A stretch of 64,000 bases of DNA. It comes from Daphnia carinata (taxonomy: Eukaryota). Shown here piece after piece: positions 28,241 to 41,789 of the stretch. The position numbers were made by a program, and so were the translations under genes. How positions within the stretch are numbered: position 1 is the first letter of the stretch; each line of letters begins with the position of its first letter. The notes under the pieces were generated by a model. The model worked only from the letters and a program-made list of their open reading frames with translations, had not been told where the DNA came from and made no database searches. The stretch lies in the NCBI RefSeq assembly GCF_022539665.2, contig NC_081332.1, forward strand, positions 3,844,001 through 3,908,000. The letters run 5' to 3'.

Positions 28241-29776
28241 TCAAGGCTTCCGGCAGACGAAAAAGACGCTCTCGTATTCATATTTGAGCATGGAACGGAC
28301 GTTTTGAGAATAAGTGGTCTTAACTCCCGTTCGTTCCTTCTGTGAAAGCAGTTAACAGAAATGAATGTCAGTTATGAACGAATGTGAATGTTTTGTTCGA
28401 TAAGCTACCTCAATGATAAAGCCAAGGCCTTGCACGATTTCTCTGACCATTTCGTAGGTGGGCTCGATTGAGTTCTCGCCCGGAATGTCTGAATAATGAT
28501 AGAGTAATGGACCCAAATTGATCCAAACGCCACCTGTTTCGAAATCGAGGGATTAAATTGTTACAGATGCATGACTACAAGCAAAACGAACCATTCTTCA
28601 ATATTTTGTAAATGGTTTCGATGAAACTAACGATATTATTCGCGCAGTCTATGAAGAAACATGTAGCAATGCAGTCCCAAGTATTAGCTTCAGTATAAAC
28701 CTATGTGGTAAAACGAAAATTTATTACGTAGTTGATTTTTTTTTAAATGGGGACAAACGATAATGATTGATGTACTTCGAGAAAATCGCCAGCAGCCATA
28801 GAAAACTGAGCGTGGCGTGGTAGTGACGATGGATCAAGATCAGGGAAGGAAGACCCTCTAGTTACATCAGCAGCTGATAAGGTATTGACGAACTGTTGCG
28901 TCCACGGGTAAACACGAAACGTCTCGACCCCCTGACATCTACAAGAGTGAAGCGAAATAAAGCATAAACACTGGCCATCTTATTGAACCCACATCCGTGT
29001 CCGTACTTGTTTAGGACGAAGTTTGACGCAAAAAGCATGAAGAGGCTGAACTCGTTGCCTTGACAGCTGTAACCTCGTTTAGCTATCTCGAACGCTAGCC
29101 GGCCAAGCCCCGCTCCGGGAACTAGAATTTGTACTTGCTCTAGGGCCCTAGGATACCAATGAATATTAACACAATACTTTCACAATCCTCTTGCCACTGA
29201 TAGACAAACCTCTCGCTAGGTGGGAATTTCTGTTCAATTTCTTCAATGATAGGGTCATAACATGCAGCTCTTTCTTGTTCACCATCCTTGCTCCAATCCC
29301 TGACAATCTGTTTCAATGTTGATTGGACCTTCTCCATATCGCTCATGGTGGGATGAACTTTAGACTTGACCTATGTTTACTGTACAAGGAGAAAAATGAT
29401 TTTTCAAGCTAGTTTATGGAAAACATACTTGGCCAGCATCATGTTTCACATTTTCAAACAAGGTGGCTACATCAGCTGTGATGAGCTTAATAATTTCATA
29501 GTTGTGCTCGACACAAGTCCGAATGTCTTCCAAATGAGAACGATAACTTGTCAGTAACTTTTGGTGTTGCTGGGGGAGTGTAGAGACATACGTTTCTGAG
29601 GCAGCAAGACGTTGTAACGAGAAAGACCTAAAAGAAAAACGTGAGACACCAGATGCACGAAGTAAAGCTCACAGAACCATGAAAGGCTGTTCTAACCTGT
29701 AGTAACGAAAGGCATTGACGATCCTCTGAAAATGTTCTTTTTCTTCGACATCATCAGCAGGCCCGTTATTCCCCAT
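28241..29776 (-). CDS. CARNMT1: Carnosine N-methyltransferase (N2227 family), multi-exon
   Basis: Spliced product [27 protein letters not shown]...[17 protein letters not shown]...[11 protein letters not shown] (SAM motif)...QGNEFS...[10 protein letters not shown]...[11 protein letters not shown]...[14 protein letters not shown]...FFVCRKP-stop. Confidence 0.93.
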
Positions 29777-31131
29777 AATGCAACGATAAGATTGCTGTCG
29801 CTTGCTATGACAGCAATCCTTCAATTCAAATCAAAACTCTATGTTTTATGTAATATTTCAAAGTTATCCAAGTCTTTTCAAGCGAATCTGAAGTAGGCGA
29901 GATTCTAATTCAACGTTGTCATATCGTTTTTGAATTTGCTGTTGTTTTCCCTCTCCTTCTTCTCTCGTAAATCAATAATGACTCATACCTCAGACGACAA
30001 CATGCTTTATCTTTGTTTTAACATTTATTAAAGAGACAAGTGTTACATGTGATTGTCGTCTCTAGCTGCCCAAGGAATGGTGGGACTTTGTTGACCATGC
30101 GCAATGGAATAAGGAGGCACGAAACTGCAGGAAGACCATCGATTCAATACGGTTTAGCAGTTGCAGGACACGCACTCTGGCTTTCTCTGCAGCCGGGGCT
30201 TGTCGCAGTGTCCCGGCTGCTTTTGATGCATTGCGGAGCTTTGACTCTCGAGTCAGGTACACAGACAGACACAGTCGTTACATAGCGTCGCCTTGTAGCG
30301 TAAACAAGCCCCAAAAAACCGAGTGTTGTGTGTAACAGAGAAAGTCATCTAAACAATTCAACAATAGCAAACCATTGTGAAAGAACAACAACAAGAATCG
30401 ATGCTTTGTTGGCGATGCAATTATAAAGTGTCTTCCCGACTGCTTTGGCCTATAACACAACACACAATTGTGACTCGGTAGTGGTTTATTTTGGATGTGT
30501 TGCCAGTTGAGAGAAACAGTGGCAACCTCTCATTTTTTCCTTCCAGTGTGACATGTGAAAAGAAGAAAAGAAAAGCCCCCGTGCGTCGTGTGTGTTTGAG
30601 TTTTCGTTTTTGTTTTTCACTTTTTACCTCCACTTTGTTTGCTGCTGCTGCTGTTCTTACCAAACGATGCGGGATCGCAATTTAATTGGGTTCCTTTCCG
30701 TCTTCTTTTCCATCACTTTGGGTTTGCTCATTTTTTAAAATTTTTCGTTTGTTGTTTTGGTCGATGAATTCGTTCAACGAGACTTGCTAAAGGGCTTGCC
30801 CACAGACTTGTAAGTGGCCATAGAAAATGGGCGCCAATTGATGATCAAAATTGAGCTCCTATATATAAACACGAGCATTTTTGATGATGCGCGCGCCTCT
30901 TCGTCTCTCCTAACGACTGGGTACAACGATCCTATAAATAGGAGCGGTTCCAGAGGACCTGTTTTTTTTCTTTTCGTTTTTTTCACAACGGGCAAAAAAG
31001 GCGACTCTGCTAGTTGTCACGTGACCGGAGATCCCAGCCAACGAAACAATTACTTAACATATTATTTTATTTTTCTCTCCCGACTCTCTTTTTATTTCTC
31101 GCATTTTGTTGTGTGTGTCGGGAATGTCGAG

Positions 31132-31761
31132 ATGATTAAAAAGTCCATCTTGCAGTGGGTCTTACCCTTTTTTGTTTTCATAGTTTGTCTGCAGGCCAAC
31201 AGCATCTCGGCCGAAGAGGAATGCATAAGTACTGCCAACCATTTCAATTTTTATCTCTCTCTTTTTCATTATTAAAAAAAAAAATTGTTTTCATTACAGA
31301 TCGTTCCGGCCGCACAATTTTGTGTTACGATTGCGACAGTTATCATAATCCTCTTTGCAAACATATCAATGAATCTGCTCCGGCCAATGAACAGCCTCCG
31401 TTCAAGACGTGCAAAGGATGTTGCGTCAAAATAGTTGAACACCGCTATTCTCGTAAGTTAATTCATCCAATTCTAAATTTAAAAACGAAATAATCCATTC
31501 ATAATTTTACCTGAATCAGCCAAGGAACGCGTGAGGAGGATGTGCACGGAGCAGCTGATTGTCAACTACTTTATCGTCGATCACGTTTGTTTGAAGGAAG
31601 GAAACAAACGCAAGGGAATGACTTGTTTTTGCGAAGAGGATTTTTGCAATTCGGCGATCTCAACACAAAGGCATCAACGTCGCGATCTCTTCTGGTGCTT
31701 GGGCATCGTCGCTGTTATCCACCTCATTTTAGAAGAATGGGCCATCTTGCGATGGTGGTGA
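31132..31761 (+). CDS. qvr: Quiver/sleepless-like Ly6 three-finger protein, probably GPI-anchored. Exons 31132-31228, 31300-31452, 31520-31761
   Basis: Signal peptide, CYDCDS...[13 protein letters not shown]...VRRMCT...VDHVC...CFCEEDFCN and a hydrophobic C-terminus, closely paralleling Drosophila Quiver as recalled. Confidence 0.85.
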
Positions 31762-33082
31762 CGATTTTTTTCGCTTCATCAATTTTTGCCGTCACGTTTC
31801 TCTTTTGCATATGATTTGAAATGCCACCCAACTAAAGGAAAATACCCGCCATCTATCCGCGTAACATCGTTAGACGAAAGCCTTTAAGCGCTCAAAAAAA
31901 AAAAAAAAGACACAAAAATTCCGGACAAATGGCTTTGTACGTTCGGCTTTACCCACCTCTTTCTCTAAAAAAAAATTCTCATTTTTTATAAAAATTCAAA
32001 GTAGAGAAGATGAAAAACAAAAAGTTCGTGTGTGCACCGTCAAGAATCAGTCGCCAAGCAAACAATCACGCCCAGCTGATCACCATTTTTTCCTTTCTCT
32101 ATTTGTCCGTTTTCAATAGCAATTTTTATGGCTGCAAGATCAATAATCTTTTGAATCTTTTTTATTATTTTTTTGTGTGTCCATTTCATTTTTGTGTTGT
32201 CGTTCTACCCATTTAACAAGCCACATTTTAAACCGGCTCGTCATTCAAAAACCATCAAATACATGCTAACGATAACTCTGAAAAAAATTACATTTTGAAA
32301 TTAAATTAGAATGATTTCGCATTTCTGTTCTCGTGTGGGATGATCTCGATGATCATTCCCTTTGTTTTGTCTCTTTCAAAATTCGAAAATACCTTCATTG
32401 AGTTTTAATGAAATTAATTTAAGTTCTTTTTGTTGTTGTCTTTTTTTTTTTGGAAGAAAAATGAGAGAAAATGAGAGACATCGCGGATTATATCAATAAA
32501 TAAAAATCTTCCTTCCAAAAAAAAAAAAGTGATAATAATAAAAACACGGCAAATTAAAAAATAAGAGGAGAGGATTTCTGAATAATGAAGTGTGTGTGTG
32601 GGGGGGGGGGAGTTTGAAAGATCAAAAGAAAGGAGAAAAATAATTGAAAAAAAAAATTATGAAAAAAAAAATCAATTACACACAATGCCACAGTAACTGA
32701 AATTAATAATTTTGGGTGGGAGAGGCGGGTTTTTTTGTATAACAAAAAAAAAAAATTAAAAAATAAAACACTCACGCGCATGATTCGAAAAAAAAAAAAA
32801 GATAGAACTACTACGAAAAAAAAAAAAAAAAAGAGAATTTGTTTTTTTTTTCTTTTCCTATGAGGGAGCCGTGGGAAATACTACACACAAACATATTCTG
32901 GATAGAGAAAGCGCAAAAAAAAAAAATTAAACAATAATAACCCCACACCAAATTTGTAATCTTGTGAAACATTTATCCGCTTCTTTTTTTTTTTTTAGCT
33001 TTTTCAAGAAAGGGAAAAATAAAGAATTCAAGAAAACTGCCAGTCTCAACATTTATATATATATATGTATATATATATAACG

Positions 33083-33113
<31 letters not shown>
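33083..33113. repeat. (GTA)n microsatellite
   Basis: About 10 perfect GTA units. Confidence 0.9.
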
Positions 33114-34363
33114 ATAGTAATTAATAGCGGATGAGGAAGGTCTGGAACAGTGCGGAAACAAGAAGGGGGCGGGGCGAATTTCATCATAATGTCTCACATT
33201 GAAAAATAACAACCATTGAATGAATTTTTCTCTTTTCGACGAAATTTTTAAAAGAATTTTCTTTTTTCACAAAAAAAAGGAGGAATTATATAATAATAAT
33301 TAAAAAAAAAAATTCAGAAAACTTTTTTTGGGGGGAATTCTTTTTTTATAGTTTTCGCGAGAAAAACAAAAAAACGAGGCGGAGGCGAAGGCAGCGTATT
33401 ACAGAATTTGCGTTGTAACAACGAGATAGTGGTGGTGGTGGTAGTAGTTTTTGTGTGTGTGTGTGTGTGTGTTCCTTTCCTCTAGCTAAAAACAAAAACG
33501 AAATTTAAGAAAACAAAAACGAGAAGAGAGAAAAAAGTAAAACAAATGAACGTTTGTTTTTCCTTTTTCTCACCTTCCCATTGTTTTTGTTTTGTTTTTC
33601 GCCAATAATTCAAAAAAAAAAAAAAAAATACCTGGTCGTCTAACATTACATATATATATACTGAATACATTGATGATTGGCGGGATTCGCGCGGGAATAT
33701 TTGAAATCAAAAACATTTTTAAGAAAAACTGATTCCAAAAAAATTAGTCCTGCTTTTGTTGCCCAATTGCGTTTGATAATGAGAGGCGCTTTCAATTTTT
33801 AAAATAATAATAATTTTTTTTATCTTTTCTTTTTTTTTTTTTTTTTTTTTTTTTGCCTTTTCAAAGATGAAATCCGAAAAAAATAACACACCCATTTATA
33901 AGAGAGATAGGGGAGATAAAGAGGGGAAACAGAGCTAAGAGGGGGGGAATGATTTCATTTAAAAAGCCATGAAAAATGAAAAAAAAAAAAGAGCAAATAT
34001 AGATCCTGAATTTTTGTCTTTTTTCTTGTCTGTTGTCCGATAAAATTGTAAAAGGAGGGAAAGGGGGAAAGTTGAAAATAAAAATATTTGTCGCCAAAAG
34101 AAACCCGAAAATGTGGCTCTAAAAACGGTGGCCTGTCGGCAAACCCACACACACACACACACACACGCGGGAGGGAGATGTTTCAAAACAATCAAATAAA
34201 AACATGATACATAAAAGATTTTTTGTTTTTGTTTTTTTCTTAAGAGAAGAAATCCGGTGGTTTCACAATTTGTTTTTTTTTTCTCAATCCATTCCCACGT
34301 TTACATCTTCTTTCTTCTTCACGTCTTCTTTCTCTCTCTCTCTCTACGTTCAATTTGTATGTA

Positions 34364-34394
<31 letters not shown>

Positions 34395-34557
34395 CCTGAC
34401 GTGCGCTATCGACATTTCCCGCGCGTTCACTTTAAAATCATAATAATAAAACACAGTTAGTTATGATTCCCCCTTATTTAAAATGTGTGACAAAAAAATA
34501 TTAATTGAAAAATAAATTCCAATAATGTACCTGGACTCTTTGAGGTCGTGTTTCGTC

Positions 34558-37500
34558 TTAACTGTCGACAGAAAAGAGTTCCTTGTGCAGGGCGGGGAAT
34601 TCCAGGTGAGGCGTGGCTCGTTTAAACCTGGCCAGCGCCTCCATGTGAAGTCCGGAGATTTCCCTAAAAACATTGTGGGGATTAAATGAGAGTGTCACAT
34701 TTAAATTAAGTGAGTACATTAACATACCTAAGAGCCGGAAGTCTGGCGGCCAGGGAATCGGCCACGGAGATGTCGCCTTTCAAAGGAGTTCGATGCGTGC
34801 GAGACAATTCAAGACGCAGCGCCCGCAAAACGGCCTGGCCCAGCCGTTGGATCTCCAGCGTACCTCTCAGTCCCATTCGATCTGCTTTCGCCAAAAAAAA
34901 AAAAATAAAAATAAAAGACAATTGGTATCAATAATTTGAACGAAACATCGTAAAACAAAATGGAGATAGACATGTCAAGAACTGACCACTGGAGAGGAGG
35001 ACGAAGGCGGAGTAGAGTGCCAGCTGGATTTCACTGAGCTTGAGCTCGGCTAAGCTTTTGGCAAAATCGAAAACGGAAGAGACCAGTTTGGCCTCGACCG
35101 AATCGGGTGTCAGAAAAGCCTCGACCGGCAGGAGCGTATCGCCGAACAGCACCGCGTTCTGGCTCAGGTCGTAGTAGCGACTCATCCGCAAAACGGCCAA
35201 TTCGAAGCTCCCTGTTTGATTTTCCAAAACAATTTCTTATTAAAAAAAAATGAATCAAAATAGGTGATTGAATACAAAGTTACCTGTTTTCAGAAGAACA
35301 ATCTGATCATCCTGAGAAAGTTTCATGAATCCGGGAACCATTTTGGCAAATTCGATAATTTGCTGAATAACAGCTGTCAATCTTTGCGCGCACTCCAACC
35401 AGAGCTCTTCTTGTGCCTTTTTTTTTAATGTGGCCGATAATCCAAGTGGAAAAAAAAAGACAGAAATAAATGAATAAGATTTAAAAAAAAAAAATGAATA
35501 ATTTAATTTAAAAAAAAAAACTGTAATTAAAAAATTGCGATTATTTTAGCGATGACCCCCCACACGAAGGGAATAAATAAAATCAAACAACAACTGACCA
35601 TGTTTTTGTAATAATGCACTTTAGAAATATCCTGCGGTTTGCGCAACATGTCGGCGATGTGCTCCCCGCTGAAGAGACACGTCCGGCTGTGAGCGTCGCC
35701 GATGGTCTTGGCCAACAGTTCTGAGATCTGAACGGGATCTATTTCCAATGCGGATGTTTTTGCAACAAAACATTAACATTTTATTTTCATTTCATTTTCA
35801 AAAATTAATTAATTCAACTAATTTTTTTTTAAATTTCTTATCGCTGTCCATTTCCAATATTTTTTTTTCTCTTTGTCTTTCTCTCTCTCTTACTCGGTTC
35901 AAAGTACTCTTCGTCATCGTCAGTCGATGTGGTCGCGACCTTGCCGACGTTACTGCTCCCAGCCACCACCATCAGTGCGCCTTTGTTTTTAAATAGTTTG
36001 ACCGAAGAGGTTAAAGTTGTTATGTCATCAGAAATACAAGTGTAAAGTGAGAGAAAACATCCACCAAAAAAAAAAAATAAAAGAAAAAAAAAAAACAAGT
36101 TAATTGTTGTAACACAATCACCGAAGAATTCTTTAAAAAGATCAGGAAAATTGAATTAAAATTTAAAAAAGTTTGTTTTATAGATGGGTGGGGCTGAACG
36201 AGCCTACCAGAAGGAGGAAGAGGAGGAGGCCTTGGGTAAGAAGTTTGTTGTTGATGAGAGGCAGACGATGATCGGTCGTTCAGATGAACTTGACCGAGAC
36301 TAGTGTTACCACCACCACCACCACCGAGGACGACCGATTGAGGAGGAGGAGGAGGTCCATTGGCACGACCTCCACCAGGATCGGGACCCGGCCGAGGATT
36401 CTTGGCCGGAAAGAGTGTTACTCCGCCCGGATAGTCGGACATCATCATTTTTGAAGAGCCTACACACAACAAACCCTCGGGCTGTCTTGTTTTTATTGTG
36501 TCTCAATTTTTTTTTTTTTTTTCTTTTTCGTGTGTCTTTTTTTTTTTCACGCGTTCAATTTTACGTCAGTTCTCCCGAAGGGGGAGGGGGGGGGAAGAAA
36601 AGTGTGTTAAAAGTTAAAAAGAGGGAGGGAGTGCATTAAGAATCCCGTTACCATTTCATAAGAAATCGAACACGACGTTATCAAGAGTGAAACTTTGAAC
36701 CCGAAAAAAAAAGATTGTGTTTGTTTTTCGTAATAGAAAAAGATTGACATTTGAAACTCGATTTTTCTTTTTAAATAACTAATAAAGAGATCCCCCCCCC
36801 CCACTCTCAAGTTGTCAGCGTATTTTGATTCATATCTCTGTCATTCCCCTATTTTTTTTTTTTTATATTTCAGAGCTGCCGATTGAGTTTTGCAATATTC
36901 AAAATGAATTTCAAGGAAAAGATTTAAAAAAAAAATCAATTCAAGGTCTTCCCCCCTCCCAAAATTGTTATGCGAATTATAACTGAATTTCCAAAGGCTT
37001 TTTCTCAAACGAAAAAAAAAAAAAAAAAAAATTTAAAGTTTGAAATATGAATCTTATAAGAATAAACTTAAAAAGACGAATATAAAATGGCGCGTTTGGT
37101 AAATGTGTTGATTTGTTTTTCTTAATGCAAATGACGTTAGTGTTACCGGTGGAAACGACGGGCGAAACCAGATTGCTGTCCGGCAACGGCTCGATGGGCG
37201 TCTGTCGTGGGTCGAAGGTTGTGCTGTCCACATAATCCGTCGTGCCGCTAATATCGTAACCTCCACTACTCATGCTGCTACCTCCGCCGCCAGTCCCTCC
37301 GCCGGCTCCTCCACCACTGCCTCCACCAGGTACTGGTTGATTGGTGTGGGGCGTCGGTGTGAAACCGTAACCGGACGGCGTGTAGGGGCTCATGTCACCG
37401 CCGTAACTGGAATACCTAAAAAAAATACAACAACAAAAAAATTGTATTAAAAAAAAAATAATAAATTGTGCGGAGTACGTGTGTGGGTGTAGGAAGCCAG

Positions 37501-40281
37501 AGGTCATTGCACTCGGTTTTTTTTATATCCTCTTGTTACACACACGTCACGAAAGATCGATTTTTCGATGTTGATATTTTTTTTTTTTTTTTTGAAGATG
37601 ATGTAATAAATATTTGGAGAAGTGCCATCTTGCGTTGAAAAAAATTGTTCCTTACCCGCCGGTGTAGGGCGCCAGTTGGTCGGACGATGACGGCTGTTGG
37701 TTATCGAAGACGCTGCTGTCGGGTGACGTTTCAGCCTGCTGGGCTTTCATCTGCGCCCGATGGTAGCGCACTTCATCCTCGACCTTTTCGCGTTGTTTCT
37801 TCGACATCCGACCGAATTTCACCGCTGAACAATTGAAAAACAGAAAACGAAAGTGAATCAAATTACTCTGACCGTTTTATTACTAAACAACTCAACCATT
37901 CTTATTCATTTCACCCCCAATTGTTGTTGTACTAAGCTCGAAAAAGCAATAAGGTGTACAATTTCCCGACACACACACATTTTCTCGAGCTTCTTTCACG
38001 AGAAAAAAAAAAAAAAACGAAAATTGACGGACGCGAGCGCGTGTGTGTGCAATACACACATACAATAATGTCGACGTGAGCCAAGACGATACACACAAGG
38101 GTTTACTAGCGGTCATTGGCCCACAAAAAAAAAAAAAGCCCCAGCTGTGTGTAGCAAACGGGTCCCGAACGCGGCTCTTTGCTATCTCTCTCTCTCTCCT
38201 CCCGACTACGTCATCGTCTAGTCTGGTCGGCTATCATCGTTTCAATGATTTCTTCTCTTTCTCCCTATCACCATCATTAAAAAAAGAAGGAGGCAAAAAG
38301 AAAAACAAAACGAAAGAATTCCATTTGGTCAAATCAACTCGTACCGTCACATTACCAACGTGAATTCTGCACAAAACAAAAAAAGAGAGTCAAAAATAGA
38401 TGACTATGCTAAAGGATTGAAGTGGCAAAGGCAACGTTTGAAAATAGATATGAAAAACTCGGAGAAAGAAAAAAAAAAAAGGATCCTAAACTGCTGCATA
38501 CAATGTCGTCAACAAGAAGAAGAAGAAGAAGAAGAAGGGAGCCCAGCTCTTTTTTTTTTTTTTTTTTTTTTTTTTCTTCCTCCTCCCACTGAGAGAACTT
38601 TTTGGCTCTGGGATCCGTTCGTCCGTCTCTCAAGTGAGTACAATCCTCCCGGGCTAAGGTCGGTCGTTCACCCCAACAAAAAAAAAAAACTGGCGGGCGC
38701 GCGCGCTTGGCTCAAAGTCCCGTTAGGAGGCGGAAAAAAGGGCGGTGACTGGTGGGGTCAGGCGCGATGAGAAGCGTCGTTCAAAAAAAAAGGGGGGAAG
38801 AAGGCAGTGAGTGTGTGTATACAACTAGTACCGCTATCTTTTTTCTTTTTTTTTTTTTTCTCTATAGCACACCCTTATATTCATCCTTTTTTTTCTTATT
38901 TTTTTAAGATGCACACACACACAGTGTCGGGTGTGAGAAATATATACACAGGGTCCATCGACCGTGTCAGGTGAAGTCTACGGTGATTGGCCCATACCTG
39001 GAGGCGGCTTCCCATCTACAGAGCCCGCCCCATATGGCTAAGAAAAGGGCCTTACTTTTAAAAGAAAAAAAAAGGGGGAGGGGGAATTAAATATTTTTTT
39101 TTTTTTTTTTTTTTTTTTTTGGGAGACGACTGACCTCCAGCCGGCGGGCCTTTAAGCTTCCGTGATTTTCCGGCGTGATGGTGTTAAAAAAGAAAAAGAA
39201 AATTACCATCTCTGGACATGCCGAGTGCCAGACATTTTTGTAGCCGACAGTACTGGCATCGGTTGCGGTTGACGCGATCGACGACGCAATTCTTTTGGCG
39301 CGGGCATTGGTAGTTGACGACGGAACTCTGCGAGCGCCGGAAGAAGCCCTTGCAGCCTTCGCAGGTGATGACTCCATAATGGACGCCCGAACTCTTGTCG
39401 CCGCACACCTTGCACGGGATGATCTCGATTTGCGCTAGAAAAAAAAAAGAAAAATCACAAAATTTGTTTATTAATTTGAATTTTTAGTTTGAAACAGCGT
39501 TGCATTTATTTTTTATTTTTCGATAAACCAGGTAAAAAAAAAAAAAAAAAATATCTTCCGGGGTCTCAAAAGGTCAATAGCCTTCGTCTCTTCAACATAT
39601 AGGGGGAAGGGAGTGAACAAAAACGTCATGTTTTCTTCACCCCTCTAAAATAAAAAATACCTCGAGGGTAACAACACAAGAAAAAAAAATCACATGTTCT
39701 CTCTCTCTCTCTCTCTCTTTCTCTCTTTGTCGAAATTTCCAAAGAGGGAAAGCGATAGAGAATCAAAACAAACCTCGGATGGAATTGTTACTATTTCTTC
39801 TGGGCGGCGGAGTCGTCGTGTCGGCGGCGAAATCAGATCCCGACTTGCTGTGGAGGTTGTTGTGGTTGTTGTGTTCGTGCTCGCTAATGTCTTGCGCTTC
39901 GTTGTCATTGTCGTCGACGACGCTGCTCGTCTCCTGACTGCTCGGAGCAGCCGGAGAGAAGCACGACTCGACCGTGGTCGAGTGTTGGCTCAACGTCGGG
40001 CCGGGAGTGAGGCACGTCGGCGGATGTTGTTGTTGTTGTTGTTGGTGGTGGTGGATCGATTGGAGGGGCGGCGGGGCAGTTGCAGGTGCCGATTCGGAAC
40101 AGCCACCTTTGCGACGCACCGCCAAATCGGTCCGTGAATCGACACCGCCACTCACCACTAACAATCGTTGTTGGCTGTCGGCTCCCGGCTGCCCAGCCGA
40201 CCATTCACTACCGAAAATCTCATCGAGAATATCCATCGAATGATGCGGATTGGCCACCGGGACGGCCGGAGCTTCCATCAT
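34558..40281 (-). CDS. HR3: Nuclear receptor HR3 (NR1F, ROR orthologue). Exons 40281-39774, 39434-39207, 37824-37656, 37415-37147, 35738-35599, 35416-35284, 35211-34987, 34881-34728, 34663-34558
   Basis: [36 protein letters not shown] zinc fingers, the [15 protein letters not shown]-terminal extension, and a ligand-binding domain with [24 protein letters not shown] and AF-2 [10 protein letters not shown]. All junctions are phase-consistent. Confidence 0.97.
35894..35980 (-). CDS. HR3: HR3 hinge cassette exon (87 nt, symmetric phase 1)
   Basis: AAAG acceptor, open frame [29 protein letters not shown], donor GTAAGA. Confidence 0.55.
36208..36459 (-). CDS. HR3: HR3 hinge cassette exon (252 nt, symmetric phase 1, Pro/Gly-rich)
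   Basis: TGTAG acceptor, GC-rich open frame [13 protein letters not shown]...PPPLPPS, donor GTAGGC. Confidence 0.55.
37501..37513. promoter_or_regulatory. IR1 ecdysone response element (EcR/USP)
   Basis: AGGTCA-T-TGCACT, a consensus half-site plus an hsp27-type half-site, in an HR3 intron. Confidence 0.6.
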
Positions 40282-41776
40282 CGCGAGATCGCGGCTTTTT
40301 TTTTTTTTTTTTTCGAAAACAATAGAAGATCGTCTAACACTCACAAACGCACACACGCAAAATAAGACAACGACACCACAAATTTGTTTTTGTTTGGATT
40401 GTTCTTCAAAAAACAAAAAAAATTTCGCCAAATTGGAAAAGAGGGTCCGTTGTTGGGGGGGGGTGGGAGCTCAACCCGAGCTGGGCAAGTCGGGCCAAAA
40501 AAAAAAAAAGAATAACGGAAGATTATTTTTCGTATTCTTTTAATTTCTTCCCTTTCACCCTCTTCCTTCCCAACACAAAAAAAAAAAGCACCTGCTCTTT
40601 TTCTTCCTTCAGCTTCCAAGTGATTTTTTCTTTTCTTTCTCTTTCCAATACACACACACACACACACACACAACTCGTACAGGTGCGCGCGCGCGCTTGT
40701 AAAGCTCTGGGCCAGCCCCACCCCGAGAACGGACGGATCACCCCCCCCTTTCCGAGAAATGTGTTCACCCGACAGGATTCATTGCCGTTGTTGGGGTTTC
40801 CAGGTGATTTTCGATGCCGGTAGTGATGAAGAGTCGAGCTCCCTTTGAACGACGATCAAGTCCATCGACCTTTTGTTTTTTATTTTTTTTTTTCCCATTT
40901 GAGAGAGACAGAAATAATTTGTATTATTTCAAATAAAGATGATGTAATAATTTGTTTTTAACTCTGTTTCGTTAAAGAAAAAGCTCGATCGCAAAGATGG
41001 TTGAATACAATTTCATTTTGTGTGTCTAACGGGTGTGTGTCAACCTGCGGCTATTATAAAAGAAACGGTACAACGATACGGTAGACGAAAAAAAAAACGG
41101 AATATACATAAAAGATGTACAGTAGAAGAAGAACCGGTCGAACGAACATGGGGGAAAAAAAAAAGAAATGCCTCCGAGCTGGAGGACATTTTTTTTTTTT
41201 TTCTACGGGCGAATACCGTTAGATTTCTTAAAGGAGAGAGGGGGGAACATTGTCGGAGGGACTGTATTTTTTTTTTTTCTAGCTAAACCTGTATAATTTC
41301 TTGTAGGGAAGAAAGAAATAAAAAAGACGAAATTATTTATTATTCGAAGAAAAAAAAAAATCACCGTTAAGTTTTTATCCCCTCACCACTTTTTTTTTTC
41401 GATGATGGAAAGACGTCAACCAGGTGTCTGGCCCTTCCCAAATGACACATGTTTCATTTCTCTAACGGGATCTCTTTTTTTTTTTTCTTCAAAATTAAAA
41501 CCGAAGATTACCTTTTGTTATCAAAGACGGTGGCATTTTTCTTTTAAAAAAAAAAAAAATTCGAACACCATTTTGAAAATTTCAGGTCTTTCAGATTTTT
41601 TCTTTTCCAACGAAATAAAAAAGAAAACTATTCAAATGTTGGTGGATTGAGAAAACAAAGAAGAAGAAAAAAAAAATGGCTAGAGAGATAAGGCTCGACT
41701 AGCGAGCTGAGCTCGGGTTTGGCCCGCCACCAACCACACTGTGAAAGGAAAGAGAGAAAAAAAAAAAGAACTCGAG

Positions 41777-41789
41777 GGTTCAATGACCG
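41777..41789. promoter_or_regulatory. IR1 ecdysone response element candidate
   Basis: GGTTCA-A-TGACCG, upstream of the proximal HR3 first exon. Confidence 0.5.
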
